Source of the DNA: Takakia lepidozioides
Lineage: Eukaryota > Plantae > Bryophyta
Assembly: GCA_030704615.1 (NCBI GenBank)
Contig: CM060731.1
Span: 46,314,001-46,378,000, forward strand
Reading direction: 5' to 3'
DNA length: 64,000 bases
The position numbers and the translations under genes are program-made. Below are positions 37,188 to 49,411 of this stretch, in pieces. Position 1 is the first letter of the stretch. Each line of letters opens with the position of its first letter. The notes below the pieces were generated by a model that did not search any database, was not told the origin of the DNA, and saw nothing but the letters and a program-made list of their open reading frames with translations.

Positions 37188-40100
37188 CACTACAACAGAT
37201 TGCGACTTTTATGACTCCCATGGGTGCGTAGTCATGACAGATTTGTGGCAGAAATGCCATTTGCAGTCGTAAAATGCTTTTGAAGTCATAATGCAAGTCT
37301 GGGGAAGGCGTGTATGCGACTGCATGGCTCCGGACTCTGCGCAACACAGGTCAAACATGTTTGACCACGAATATTGGAATGGCAGATATGACTACTAGTC
37401 ACGGTCATGGCTACACTGGAATGACGTGTACATATTGCTAGACAGACATATGACTTCATGACTCTCACTCTAATGCATTCTGCCAGATCATCACATAGAT
37501 GAATCACTACATGACTGCACGTGTCAACACCTGCTTCTCTGGTTATATATATAATATATGAGTATTTATATTTTGAAAAAACGGAGACTCTGACCACTAG
37601 AATGAATTAAAAAAAACAAAAAAGAACAAAGTGCAAAAAGATTTAAAGAAAAACACATCGGCTGGTAAGTGGCACAGTGTGTCGCCTTGGTGGTTTGGGA
37701 TTCAAACCCGCTGCCCTTATCCTGTATGTGGGATTGTTCGTGACGGTATGTCTAGGCGTTGATCGTCCTGCAGGTCTTATGGCCCATAAATGAAGGCGGG
37801 TGAAATTTTCCCCCTCCTCAAGGGCATGTGGTTTCCAAGAAAGAAAAAAAAGAAAAAAAATCAAAAAGGGGCTTTTAGGGTTTACAAAAAGGTTAAAAAA
37901 CTTAAAAAGTTGCCCGTCACGGTCGCGTGAACAGACTTAGAGCAAGTGGGAGGGAGAGAGAGAGAGGGCTGGGACTTAGAGTGAGCGAGCGGGAGTGAGG
38001 GCAAACATGCATGGGAGGCCCGCAGTTGGAGCAACCTTCGCATCTAAGGCTCTACGTCTGCTTCTCCATGCTAGAAAGCAATTATCTCCTCTCCTTGATC
38101 CTGCAGCTTGTCGGGGCTCTACTATGGTGGGTTTCATTCAGGTCCCGGATGACTGCAGAGGAGGAATGTTAATTCGTGAGCCCGCTCATGGAAACCATGA
38201 CTTGAATCGAGCAGCAGGTCTGCCAACCAGTGCCCAAAAATAGTTGAATCAGTACAAATGTGATAACATCCGTGAAGCAGATGCAGTGATGGACAGGTCT
38301 GATCTTAATCTTGCCGGTCACTTGCCCTGCAGCATGACCACGCACAAGCTCACTACCGCCCGAAGCCCCACAACCCCCTGCTCGGACCACATCATCCGTC
38401 CTCATGAAGAGGCCCAGGTGTACTTGTCTCTCTATGTTAGTCTCCATTTCAACATTACGCATATCGCTGCTCCACCCTGGTGGCCCACAGGCGCGTTTTC
38501 CACGACACCCACCTACCTTTGGCATCAGCGCACCTTCTCTCATTCCCACAGGACCTGGTCCTGGCGTGTTAGCAGCATGGCTTATCATAATCGACCATGG
38601 CGGCCCTGTCTATCTTCCTGGCATTTTCCAGTTCAATGACTGGAGCGAAGCCCCCCTCTTGCGGCGCACCATGCTGGCTGGCACTCTTCCGAATCAGCTG
38701 CTGGTCAATTTGCTTGATGGGGGAAGGGGTGAAGGCCGCTGACATAACGTTTGTGTGAATTTACAATGCGTCTGGCAGCCCTGGAAAAGGGCAAAGAGAT
38801 CCCTGGTAACATCATCAAATCTGCAATTGTACCAGATGTCATCCTGAACATTGCTCTGGTGGCCATGTATGCTAAATGTGGGAGCGTTGAGGATGCTAAG
38901 GGAGTGTTCAACACTATGGCTGAACCAGATGTGGTGTCGTGGAATGCGATGCTTGCAGGGTGTACAGAGCAGGAGCGCGAGATGGGGCTTTGGACACCTG
39001 AAAGCAAATGATGGGGAAAGGGGTGAAGGTACCTTCTTCAACATATTTCACCTTGTTTTCCCTGCTAGTGTTTGCTTTGACAATTCTAGGCTGTCATTGT
39101 TAGCTGCTAGCAGCAAGGTGAGGATATATGCATGATTTGTGCAGAGGCATGGATAGCTGAAGGAGTAGGGATTTTGTGTGGGTCCAAGAGGGTCAGATTT
39201 CAAGCACAAGATTACCTGTGATTCCCTGTGGATCAATAGCTACAAGAAACCTGCATGGGTAGATGGTCAACTAGCAGCAACAGCACAAGTGATAAAATCA
39301 GGCACTGCTAATGGCATCTTCTTCAACACATTTCACCCTGTTTTTCCCTCTTTATCAGAATCGGCCCTAAATTTACATGTTCAATTCTGCAAGTTAGCTG
39401 GTTGAGTGAATCTAGTTTGGAGTGACTTTGACATGATACTGCCAATGTGACAACAGGAAAGTGTCAAAAACAGGTAACAGAGATGAGGAGAAGTTGTGGA
39501 ATGAATACTTATCTGAGCCCAGTCATTGATGGGTCAACTGGGGCAGAAAGGTGAATGCCTGCTACATTTCAAAGAGTAGCAGACGCGATTTAGCATAGGA
39601 ACTAGTGTGTTACGCTGAGTTGGGTGTTTCCTAAAACAAATGTAGGCTGTCATTGTCAGTTGCTAGGAGCAAGGCAAGGTTGAATGCTTGATTTTGTGCA
39701 GAGGCATGGATAGCTGAAGGAGTAGAGATAGAGTGTGGTGACGCAGGGTGTTGGGCAATGGGCAAGACGTCTTTGTATAAACGTGAGTGACCTTCCTATC
39801 ATCCTGGCTCTCATTTTTAGTGCATGTTTCTTTGTGAAGTATCTGACGACTTCGCCAACACACACCAACCTTTTTGCTTTGGTTTGTTTACGAGTCCATG
39901 GGATAGAAGTTACCATAAACAACACTGGCATTGGTTTTTCATATATGGTATTAGACAATTCTCTTAATTATTTCCGCCTTGGCAGGTTGCTCAATGACCT
40001 TCCCTGGACGCTTTGGAGTATTGCGAGTGAGTGTCTCACAATGCAATGTTGGTTGGTGCATCTTATGCAAGAACTTGGAAAACAAATAGATGTCATTGCT

Positions 40101-40915
40101 GAAGTAATTCTTAAAGCCATGCAAGCTTTAGTTTTTGATAGGTTGCAGATTGATGGAATAGCATGAGTAGTTAGAAGATTGGGTGAACACTTTTCAAAGT
40201 GTTATAGTTAGACAATATAATTCACATGAGAACATGTGACTATTTTATGTATTTTTAGATCACGACAAAAATGATAATGATAAATAGATTGGTAAATAGA
40301 GATGGTATACAATCTCTTGGTTTTGCTCAGCTTGTTGCGGTTATGTCTTGCTGCCTTGTTCTCTTTGTATTATATATTATATTTCATTGTTGTAATAGAC
40401 ATGTACATGACTACTATCATAGTCATAATAATGACTATATATATTTTCACTCTCCAATAGTACCACACCATGTGGCAAAAATACAAATATGTAAAAAAAT
40501 AGCAATACACCCAAAAAACACCCATCATGATGCATGTCAATCTGCTGAGGGACCACGTGTAAAAACTACAACGCGCCACGTGTTGCAACCGGATTAGCAC
40601 ACCCGTAGTCATAGTTCGCAGTCATGGAGAGCGAACATTTCTGCCACGTGTCATTTCATGTATCGAGCACGTGCCACTCTTGCACAGCCGCTGACATGGA
40701 CTACACTGTCCGTTCAGTCATTCAGTAAAGCCAGCGTGTATGACTACCCCCACAGCTGCTCAGGCGCCACGTCACAGCCAGCCTGGAGAGTCATATCTGC
40801 CATGTCACAACTGACTAGGTCTTTACGTCTTCAGAGTCAGGAAGTCGTAAATGGCTTCCATGACTGCATTTGCAGTCATAACACAGAGACGTAAAAGCCG
40901 CAATTTGTTGTAGTG
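37188..40915. mobile_element. Non-autonomous Pack-CACTA element
   Basis: TIR CACTACAACAGATTGCGACTTTTATG vs reverse complement CACTACAACAAATTGCGGCTTTTACG. 3-bp TSD TTC. ATGAC/GTCAT subterminal repeats at both ends. Removal restores APVLVF-PDFSLPFLLQTDAS. Confidence 0.96.
38751..39011 (+). pseudogene. Captured PLS-class PPR fragment inside the Pack-CACTA
   Basis: ALEKGKEI...ALVAMYAKCGSVEDAKGVFNTMAEPDVVSWNAMLAG. Confidence 0.9.
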
Positions 40916-40918
40916 TTC

Positions 40919-43054
40919 CCAGACTTCTCTCTCCCTTTTCTTTTGCAGACAGATGCCAGTGACATGGTTGTTTATGCTATTCTCAACCAAGTACGAGATG
41001 GTAGAGAACATGTAGTGCTTACGCATCTAGGCGGCTTGATAAACATGAAAAGAATTATAGTATTACTGACAAGGAGGGGTTGGCCGTTATTTTTGGTGTC
41101 AAACACTTCAGGCAGTACCTGCATGGTTGTTATTTCATCGTGGAGACAGATCATCTACCTCTCAAAGCCCTTAAAACTCCTCGAGAATTATCCGGCGGAC
41201 TTGCTAGATGGTCTTTACTTCTTCAGGGCTTTGAATTTGACATTGTTTACAAGAGGGGGAAGGAAAACAACAACGCTGATGCGTTTACTCGGGAAGAAAC
41301 CAAAATGCTTGTTCCTTATACAACCCTAGATGACTTGGCTCGCATGCAGAATCCTGATCGTTTGCTGCCTGATTCACATCCACGTGTATCCTTTTTGAGT
41401 TTGATGGATGAGTTACCCTATGCCATTACGCCTGTTGGGGATCTCATCACTTTTGATGTTCATTAAGCTGGTCATTTGGTACTTGCATGTCTGGACTAAG
41501 TCTTCTTTGCTTGATCACTGCTGCCTGGTTACTACAGCAGTACCTTCTTCTTCTTCTTCATGGCCATGTGTTTCTTATGATTACTTTCCTTAGGACCTGT
41601 ACTTCATGCCCAATCTACCATCATAGGTAAGCCTGATCCAGATGCGATGCAGGGTTCTATTATTTGAAGACCACAGGGGCGGACACTTCTGATTACCTGC
41701 TATTAACCCACTGTTTCCTTGGCTCTGTGCATGATAGGCATGGATGACTCCCTGTTCGCAGCCCTTCTCCACAAGTGCAAGGCCGGCACACAACTCCCAG
41801 GTATTTCCAAGACACTTCAAAGGCAAGTTAACTATCACCTTCCCTGTCATGAGGAACGTGAAGGTAAATTGTTGAAGAACATTGTCTTGGATGGCCTTAT
41901 CAAAACCGTGGAGGTTCCTAATAGGAGCTCAATTCCAGAGTTGCTTGAATTATATCATGCCTCACCTTTTGCTGGTCATCTTGGTGTGACAAAGACTGTC
42001 AAGCGATTGCAAGAACTGTATACCTGTAAGGGTATGCATCAGGACGTTGCCTCATTTGTTTCTAAGTGTGTTGAATGTCATGCCAAGACATTGCTTCCTC
42101 GGGCTTGCGCTTCATTACCCATGCAGCCTATACCTGTCACTGGCCTCTTTGACAGGGTAGGCTTAGATCTTGTGGGACCTCTTAAACTCACCAGAAGGGT
42201 CACTCCTACATAGCCATGGCCACTGACTACTTTTCTAAATGGGTTGAGTTCCAACTTTTGGTCGTGAAGGATGCAGATTCAGTCGCACAATTTTTCTTTG
42301 ATGAAATCATTCTAAGGCACGCATGTCCTCTTGAGATACTTACAGATCAGGGTATCGAGTTCTGCAATTAGCTGATGCAGATGATATGCTTCAATCTTGG
42401 GGTGAAACACCGCACCACGGCACCTTATCATCCCCAGTGCAACGGACTGACTGAGCGCTTCAATAAGACCACGTGTTCCATGTTGGAGAAGAATGGTTCT
42501 CTGTTGGGTGATTGGGATGTGGCTCTTCCAGTTTTGATTTTTGCTTATAGGACATCCGTTCATGCAAGTACTGGGTATACACCCTTTGAGCTAGTATATG
42601 GCAGACTTGCTCGCAGTCCTTTACATGACACTCCACTAATTCCAGTCACTAGTACTGACCCCATTGATTGGGATTCATTCTTGGTTGAGATGACTGCTAA
42701 AAGGCAAAAGCTCCAATCTTCTGCCAAAGCTAACATAGCCAAGGCCCAGGCCATTCAGGCTCGCAATTATAATCGGCGTATTCTGTAGAATTTCTGCAGG
42801 GTCAATCTGTGTGTGTGCGGCTCCAGCAAGGGAAAATCATTTCCAAGGCTTCCAAACGTATCGAGGGCCCCTATCTTATTGCGGAAGTCTTGCGAGGCAG
42901 ACAGTTTAAGCTGCTCCCTCAACATCCTTCTGTCCCTCCTCTTTCCCACACTGTCCATCTTGATTCTCTTGTGCATTGCAAATTAGTTTTTGATCTCACT
43001 TGTATTAATGTCGAAGGTCGTCGTGTTATTCTAACCCCTGGCCGTGCTGCATGA
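40919..43054 (+). pseudogene. pol, 3' part (RNase H and integrase, no chromodomain), frameshifted
   Basis: LQTDAS; HFRQYLHG..VETDHLPL; GHLGVTKT..CVEC; VGLDLVGPL; TAPYHPQCNGLTERFNKT. Confidence 0.92.
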
Positions 43055-43442
43055 GTGCAGATCATAAGTTCTTGTTTTTTGCTTTTAAACTTGGCTATGT
43101 GCAGTGGTGGAGCTGCATCAGTTTTTGTGTGGCTTGGCTTGACTTCACCAGCTAGCTTTAGTGTTTTGAATAGACATCTGATTTGTGAGAGACGATGACA
43201 GCTCAGGACCTGCTCTTATGAGCTTGCATCAATTGTATGGTTTGGGGTTTTTCCTGTTGGGGGTTTTGTCCTTCACCCACTTTGCAGGGTAAGGTTTTCC
43301 CCCACAGGTTTTTTCATCCCTCTCCTATTAGATGCCTAGTCCTTCTTTTGAATTTGAAATTTGGCTCGATGGGCCTTGCATTGGTAAAACTTTCCGAAGC
43401 TCGCTGGAGCTCACTCCTCCTAGCGTGGGCGGGTCTTACATA

Positions 43443-43930
43443 TGTAAGATGGAGTATTCCACCTGTTGCAGATGCTCATCTGTTCGTTGGCTGGATGAAA
43501 AGCAGGGTGGTTGGTGAAGCTAATTAAATGTGCCTAATGTTAGCCTAGGCCCTTGTCTCATTCCAACAGTAACCTAATCAGACAGGGTGGCTGCTGATGT
43601 GTGGAAGAAACTTAGAGAAATCCTGGCAGCCAATAAGAGGCCACCATTTGCCATTCTAGATTAGCCCTCTTCTTAATATAAAAAACGGATGGCTTATGCC
43701 AAACGCAGGATGTTTTTGGGTGATCAACACTATGTACTTGGATGTGCCGGGCAGTTGGATGATTTGCACTTGATACCCCTGCATGTGATTAGATTGGCCC
43801 ACCTGTGAGAGTCCTCTAGCGAGAGATCCTTCCCATCTAGCTTGGCGTGCTTACTGGCTATTTCCCCGCTTGAGGCCCAAACACACAGAGGAAAAAAGAA
43901 TATTCCCCGGGTTGAGAAGTTGGTCTTATA
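43443..43930 (+). repeat. 3' LTR of the gypsy element
   Basis: TGTAAGA...TCTTATA (probably TCTTACA mutated), followed by AGCT. Confidence 0.9.
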
Positions 43931-45605
43931 AGCTCCATTCACACAAACTTTTAGGGGCCATGTGACACGTACACACTACATACCCTACCAAGTGTTCACA
44001 CTTCACACTTACCCAATTTTAGTTGGCGTGGCAACTTATAGCCACGTAAAGCACTGCTGGTTTTTGCCAAGGCAGGACGCAAAGGGTTTTGATGCTTAGC
44101 ACCAATACTCGCGATGAAGCCCGATGTAGACATAAATTTTCATCCATCCATATAAATGAATAGAATCCTTGGATGAATAAATAATACTAATATATGATGC
44201 CTCCCGAAGGAAACTTAAATTATGGTGTTTCCTGACCCAATGGGCTACCGCCATCCGATAGGAAGGTGGACACCTTTGCGACGCCAATTGGTGGATTGAA
44301 GCACAACCAATTTCATACTATGGGATGGGCTGCAACATGCCATTGTGGCGGGTAAGGTGGTGGCGAGCCAAAGGGTGAGCGCCGAAACCACCATAATGGC
44401 ATGTTGCGGCCCATTCCATAACGTAAAGGATTGCGTCTGCCGCCCTCTCATTGGCTTGCAAGTCCTAATCAAACTCATTATGTTTCATAATGTGCTAGTC
44501 AAATGGCATAATGTGCTAGTGGCATTAGGCGTAGAATTCTGCTTTTTAACCCTTAAGTTTCCAAACGACCTGAATCGGGTCACTTTGAATTTGCAGTTCG
44601 ACCTAATTTTTGCAGATCTAATCTGATGGGGCCCACTCCTGAAGCTTTAATGACAAGGGATTTGTCTCGAGTATGATGCAAAAAAAAAAAAAAAAAATAA
44701 AAAATAAAAATCTTCAACCTACAAAAAATATCTTAGATCTCTCATTTACGTTTTGGGGCCTGAAAAGGGCTTGTTGACCGCTGACGTGGAGGTAAACAAG
44801 CCCAAAACAGATTGCACTCCAAAGGCCATTTTTGGCAGAAAATTAGCAATTTTGGGAAAACACTTCACCTTGTGGTGTATGAGCATTACATACACACATC
44901 CACCATTGGCTTTTAAAAATTTTGTAGAAAAAAAAGTACTTCATTTGGAGGCACATTTTCTCTTGTCAATTTCGAGATTTCAACCCCCATGTAATTGCAT
45001 GCATAGCAACCATAGGTGAAAAAATCAGTTGGACCTGCAATTTAGTGGGGTCATAGCCACTCCACTACTGATTTGAAAATGGTGGGTCTTGGGGCAAGCA
45101 AAATTGGATAAAACTAGGTTTTGATTTGGTCAAACCAATTTCTTTCTCACTTTTTATTTGGGACCTGATATTTGAGGTCCGGACAAATGCTATAATCTCA
45201 CAATTTCCACGGTGGACTTGGCTCCTTTTTTGGTATGTCATGCATAAATGAGCTAGGCCCATTGCTATAAGGCTCGAATCTATGGGTGATTTTCTGTAGG
45301 TTTCTGGGGCAATTTACTGCAGTTGGGTACCCAAAATTGGTAAAAAGTAAAAAAAGGGCTTGGGAACTTAAGGGTTAATCCTCCTCCAAATACGCCATAC
45401 TGGGCAGGCAAAATCCTTTACGAGGTGGTAAGTTATGTGCCCATTGCCACTGGGCTACAACTTGGGTGTCCCTTTTTATGCATGCATGACAGGTTGTGCT
45501 CAGTAGCTTGCATGTATTCCATGCATTTATTTCCCTTGGATTTTCAGAGCGCTCTCAAAGCAAAATATTATTTACATCACGCTGGATAGGCTGGGAGGTT
45601 ACGCG

Positions 45606-46635
45606 TGTCAGAATGTGCTCTACATTGGGGAAAGCCCTTGTGGAGGGCGTTCCTGAATCACCGGCTGTCGTCTCGGCTTGGGTTAGATTATTGAGGCCTG
45701 TCTCTATATGTGCTACACCTGGAAAGTGGAAAGTGGAGAAAATAGATATTTAACATCATAAGATGAGCTGGGGTTACATGAGACCAGGTTACACTCTTTG
45801 GGTTACATGGGGTGGGGGTTACCTTGTTAGGATTACAGAGGGTGACACAAGGCCCACATGGGGCGGGGTGACACCATGTAGGGTTACATAGGACGACAGG
45901 AGCTGCTGGGGTTACATGAGGCGGGGTTACACTACTTGGGTTACATGGACACTAGATGGGATTACGTGTGTTGAGGTTACAGGGATATCTTTTTCAAGAA
46001 TAAGTCTCAGCGCCTTCAGCCCCTGTTAAAAAAAAGAATTAGAAAAAACCCTTTGTATTTTGGGTGGCCTTATTTCCTGGAATATAGCGCCACATCGTGC
46101 GAGTGGCTTACGGAGGGTAAGCGCCTAGTGCGAGTGGCTTACACACATTTGGGGGGAATAGAGCCCAGCCCAAGGGGACAGTACCCACACGGGGAAGAGG
46201 TTCTTATTTACGCTAGCTTCGGCTGGCGTCATATATATATATGGCAAGGTGCTTATAAAATGTAACCTCACTCTTGTACGTTGCACCATTTTTTGTCACG
46301 TGTTTTGTTAGAAAATTCTTTACGTATAGGGTAAGTCCCCCCTCGGAGGGCTTATTGCAGTGTGAGGGGAGTAGTCTGAGGGACACCCAGCAACGTGGCC
46401 CCAGGTGGGGGACTCTCCCTGGGTAAAGACATAGGGTTCTTTCTCGTGGTGGATGGCTGAGATCTCTTGAAGGTCATGGTGGATGCTCAGATCCCTAGAA
46501 CTAAAATGAAAGAGACTAAATTAGAAAAGAAAATATGACAGGGCGTAAGATTCCAGGGGACCTTACGGCCCAAGATCCCCCGCCCCAGGGATCTTAGGCC
46601 GTAAGGTCCCTGCCAACTGTTGACATGGTATTCAG
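45606..46635 (+). mobile_element. Probable 5' LTR (45606-46625) with Met-like PBS; internal region lost
   Basis: TGTCAG...TTGACA followed by TGGTATTCAG. GGGTTACA motif array at 45768-45985, TATA-like tract at ~46231, 23-bp hairpin at 46557-46610. Confidence 0.65.
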
Positions 46636-46923
46636 TTGGACAAGGTCCCTGGAAATACAAAGTGATAAGAACCTGTGGGTTTTTACTTGAGTTAAGAACT
46701 AGGGTAAAGGGCTCATAACTTACCAGTGAAGCACCGTGCCCTCCTTCTTTACCCTACACTTTCTATACAGGGTGCCGGTGACCTAGCCTGACCAGTGCAC
46801 CAGAATTTTTGGGATTTTGCCACAAGTACTCTTGTATTGATGCCATAACACTAGTTATTGCCTTCCTTGTTTGGTCATCTAGGGTTCAAAGTGTCCACCT
46901 TCTAGTAGTCTTGAGTAGCCCCT

Positions 46924-47625
46924 CGGGTTGGTAGAATGTGAGCACACCGGTGAGCAAAGATGGCGTGAGCACAAACCCACGGTCACGGGGGTTTTATGTT
47001 TTAAAACCGCGGTCATAGGAGCTATATGTTTTCAAAACGGAATAAAACCCCAAAACCCTAATGCGAAATAAGCACCCATAATGTATATCTACAAGCTCCA
47101 AGTTCCATATATCTACAGCTTTGGTATTCTACAAAAGAATAACACATTAGATAAAAACAATATCGCAATAAAGAACACCATCCAAAACACATAAATACCA
47201 AACAATAGTTGAACAATTTATTATAATGAGGCAAACAACGGATCTCGTTAACGAAATAAATGAAGGCATCGGGTTTCGCCAACGAAATAGTGGATTTCGC
47301 TTGCGAAATTTCCAAGTATCGCTGCATAGGTCTTTATCCTACAGTTTCATGGCGAAACAAAATGTATTGTGTTTGGTTTAACCTAACCTAACCTAACCTA
47401 AACCTAACGAATTAGGGTGATAGGGTGACTAACCCATATGCGCGTGGCTTGTGCTCAGGTGAGCATAAGTGTGCTCACGTGCGCACAATTTGGTCCATGT
47501 GGGCATAAATTTCCAGTTTTAGGTTTGCCGCAGCATCTCTTGGAGAATATTCATGAATTTTCGGGCATTTTGTCTTCTGCTCGCACGAGCACGCGCACAA
47601 CGGCGTGAGCATGCTACCCAACCCG
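46924..47625. mobile_element. Possible MITE with GTGAGCA subterminal motifs
   Basis: CGGGTTGGTAGAATG / CATGCTACCCAACCCG imperfect TIR. GTGAGCA/TGCTCAC motifs at both ends and internal (TAACC)n. No clean TSD. Confidence 0.45.
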
Positions 47626-48391
47626 TCGTTTCTTTTAAGGTATTTACATTGTAGCACAAGTGGCATCCATTAGAACCTTAGAGGAGCATGTCTGGCGCTT
47701 GTACAAAATGCGTAGTGGAAATGGCTGGCGATAATATGAGATTTTTGAATGGGTATTGGGCGAATGAACCTAAAACCTAGTAGACTTGTTGAGGCGAATA
47801 ACCCAGAATTGACATAGCAAATTGGAGGGTTTAGGCATCATTGGAGACTAGGCAGAAATTATGCCAAACACCACCAAAAAAATTTAAACCACCATTCATA
47901 AGTAGAAAACCTTAAATTGGCTTATATTGCATTTCAGTCAATCTACCCTAAGTGGCATATTTGAACCCTGGCACAAAAAGACCCTGCCTAATGCTACATG
48001 GCACATAGATAAGAAGTATCAATGTTTGCAAGGCTCTTGGAAACACAAATAAAATTACCAAGTAACTTGGCTCACAAAGCTTGTAAACAGTAATGAAGAT
48101 TATATGTCACTATGTTTAGTTTTGTGTTTTATGGGAGGAAAAAAATGAAAGAAGGAAGAAGATGTGTGTTTTAGGTTTTTTTGTTTTTTACGTCCTAAAC
48201 TTGCCGACATGTGTCCTTTCATCCCAAAAACAATGAAATAAATGACATTCTCATTCCGTTTTTGTAACCCTCTGCCACCCTTTTGATTATCATCCTCCTC
48301 TGCAGTCACCCTTTTGCCCTCCTCCGCGGCCACCTTTTTCATATTTAGGAACTTTATCATCCAAACCAGGTTGCTATCAAAAAAGCATTGA

Positions 48392-48455
48392 GGTATTAGG
48401 AATTGGACACCAAGTCAATTGGCTCAGAAAGGAGATCTCTACCACTAAGCTACCC
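48392..48455 (-). other. Degenerate tRNA-derived (SINE-head-like) sequence
   Basis: A-box-like TAGCTTAGTGG and B-box-like GTCCAATTCC. No convincing cloverleaf. Confidence 0.4.
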
Positions 48456-49323
48456 ATACACATATTGCAAGTATAATACTACAAAATCTATCTATACAGA
48501 CTATACTATACTTACCCATATATATATATATATATATACAAAAATGGGCAACATAGCTGGCCCCACGTCCTCATGCGCACTCAGAATGCGGCGATGTCCT
48601 GCACATGGTCGGTGGGATCTGGCTCCTCTGCTGTAAACTGTCTTCACTCAGTATGGCGCCATGTGCCTCCCTGTGGCGGCCCCTCTAGCGAATGGTGGGC
48701 CCAACAGATAAGCTTTTGGCGAAAAGTGATGATTTTTCAGCCTCATTTCCCTTTACCCCTGTCGCCAAGACCAGCGGGAGGTCGAAATCTGGCGATTATT
48801 CGCCACTAAAAGAATGGCTGACCCAACCTCCTCCAGATCAACTAAGAGGCACCATAATTTACACATCCTTGACAACCAAGTTCTAGCCCAGAGGTCGCAC
48901 ATACCACCTCGGAAGTGGTTATGGGTTCAAAGAAGTGGTTGTGGCTCTCACAGACGCAGTAGGTGAAGAGACACCACAATTTTTGTTGCCCAAGTGCAAT
49001 CTCCTATGTATCCCACTGCGTCTCCTATGTCGAGGCCCAAGCGCGACCTCTGTATTACTGTTATTAAGTAAGCGTCATCATTCATCCATTTCCATGTCGT
49101 CAATTAGTAATTTATACTGCTTGCATGAATTTCTTGCATTTTTTTCTGACACTTTCTGAAACTTGAACAGTGTCACTCTTGGGTGTTCAATCCCTTTACT
49201 AAGAAATTTAAATGAATTAGGGTTTCGTCATTGAATCACGTAGACACTTAGCTCATCCACACAAATTTGATCATTTATGATTTGAAAAGTGTGGCGAAAA
49301 TGAACGTGGCAAGAAAATGAGAG

Positions 49324-49326
<3 letters not shown>

Positions 49327-49362
<36 letters not shown>

Positions 49363-49380
49363 TGTGTGTGTGTGTGTGTG
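49327..49380 (+). repeat. Compound (AG)n(TG)10 microsatellite just upstream of the DUF3754 start codon
   Basis: Direct inspection. Confidence 0.95.
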
Positions 49381-49411
49381 AAGAGGCAGGGAGAGAGAGC
49401 TGCTATGCAGT

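Larger units (their letters stand above)
32731..43930 (+). mobile_element. Full-length non-chromovirus Ty3/gypsy element with extra upstream ORF, interrupted by a CACTA insertion
   Basis: Near-identical LTRs at 32731-33210 and 43443-43930. 4-bp TSD AGCT (32727-32730, 43931-43934). Order gag-PR-RT-RH-INT. Confidence 0.93.

Noticed and set aside
38169-38588. Alcohol-dehydrogenase-like words (KIKIR..CICFTDV) in the Pack-CACTA
   Set aside because: Too short and motif order is unconvincing.
47379-47408. (TAACC)n as telomeric repeat
   Set aside because: Only ~5 units, not the plant TTTAGGG type, and inside a probable MITE.
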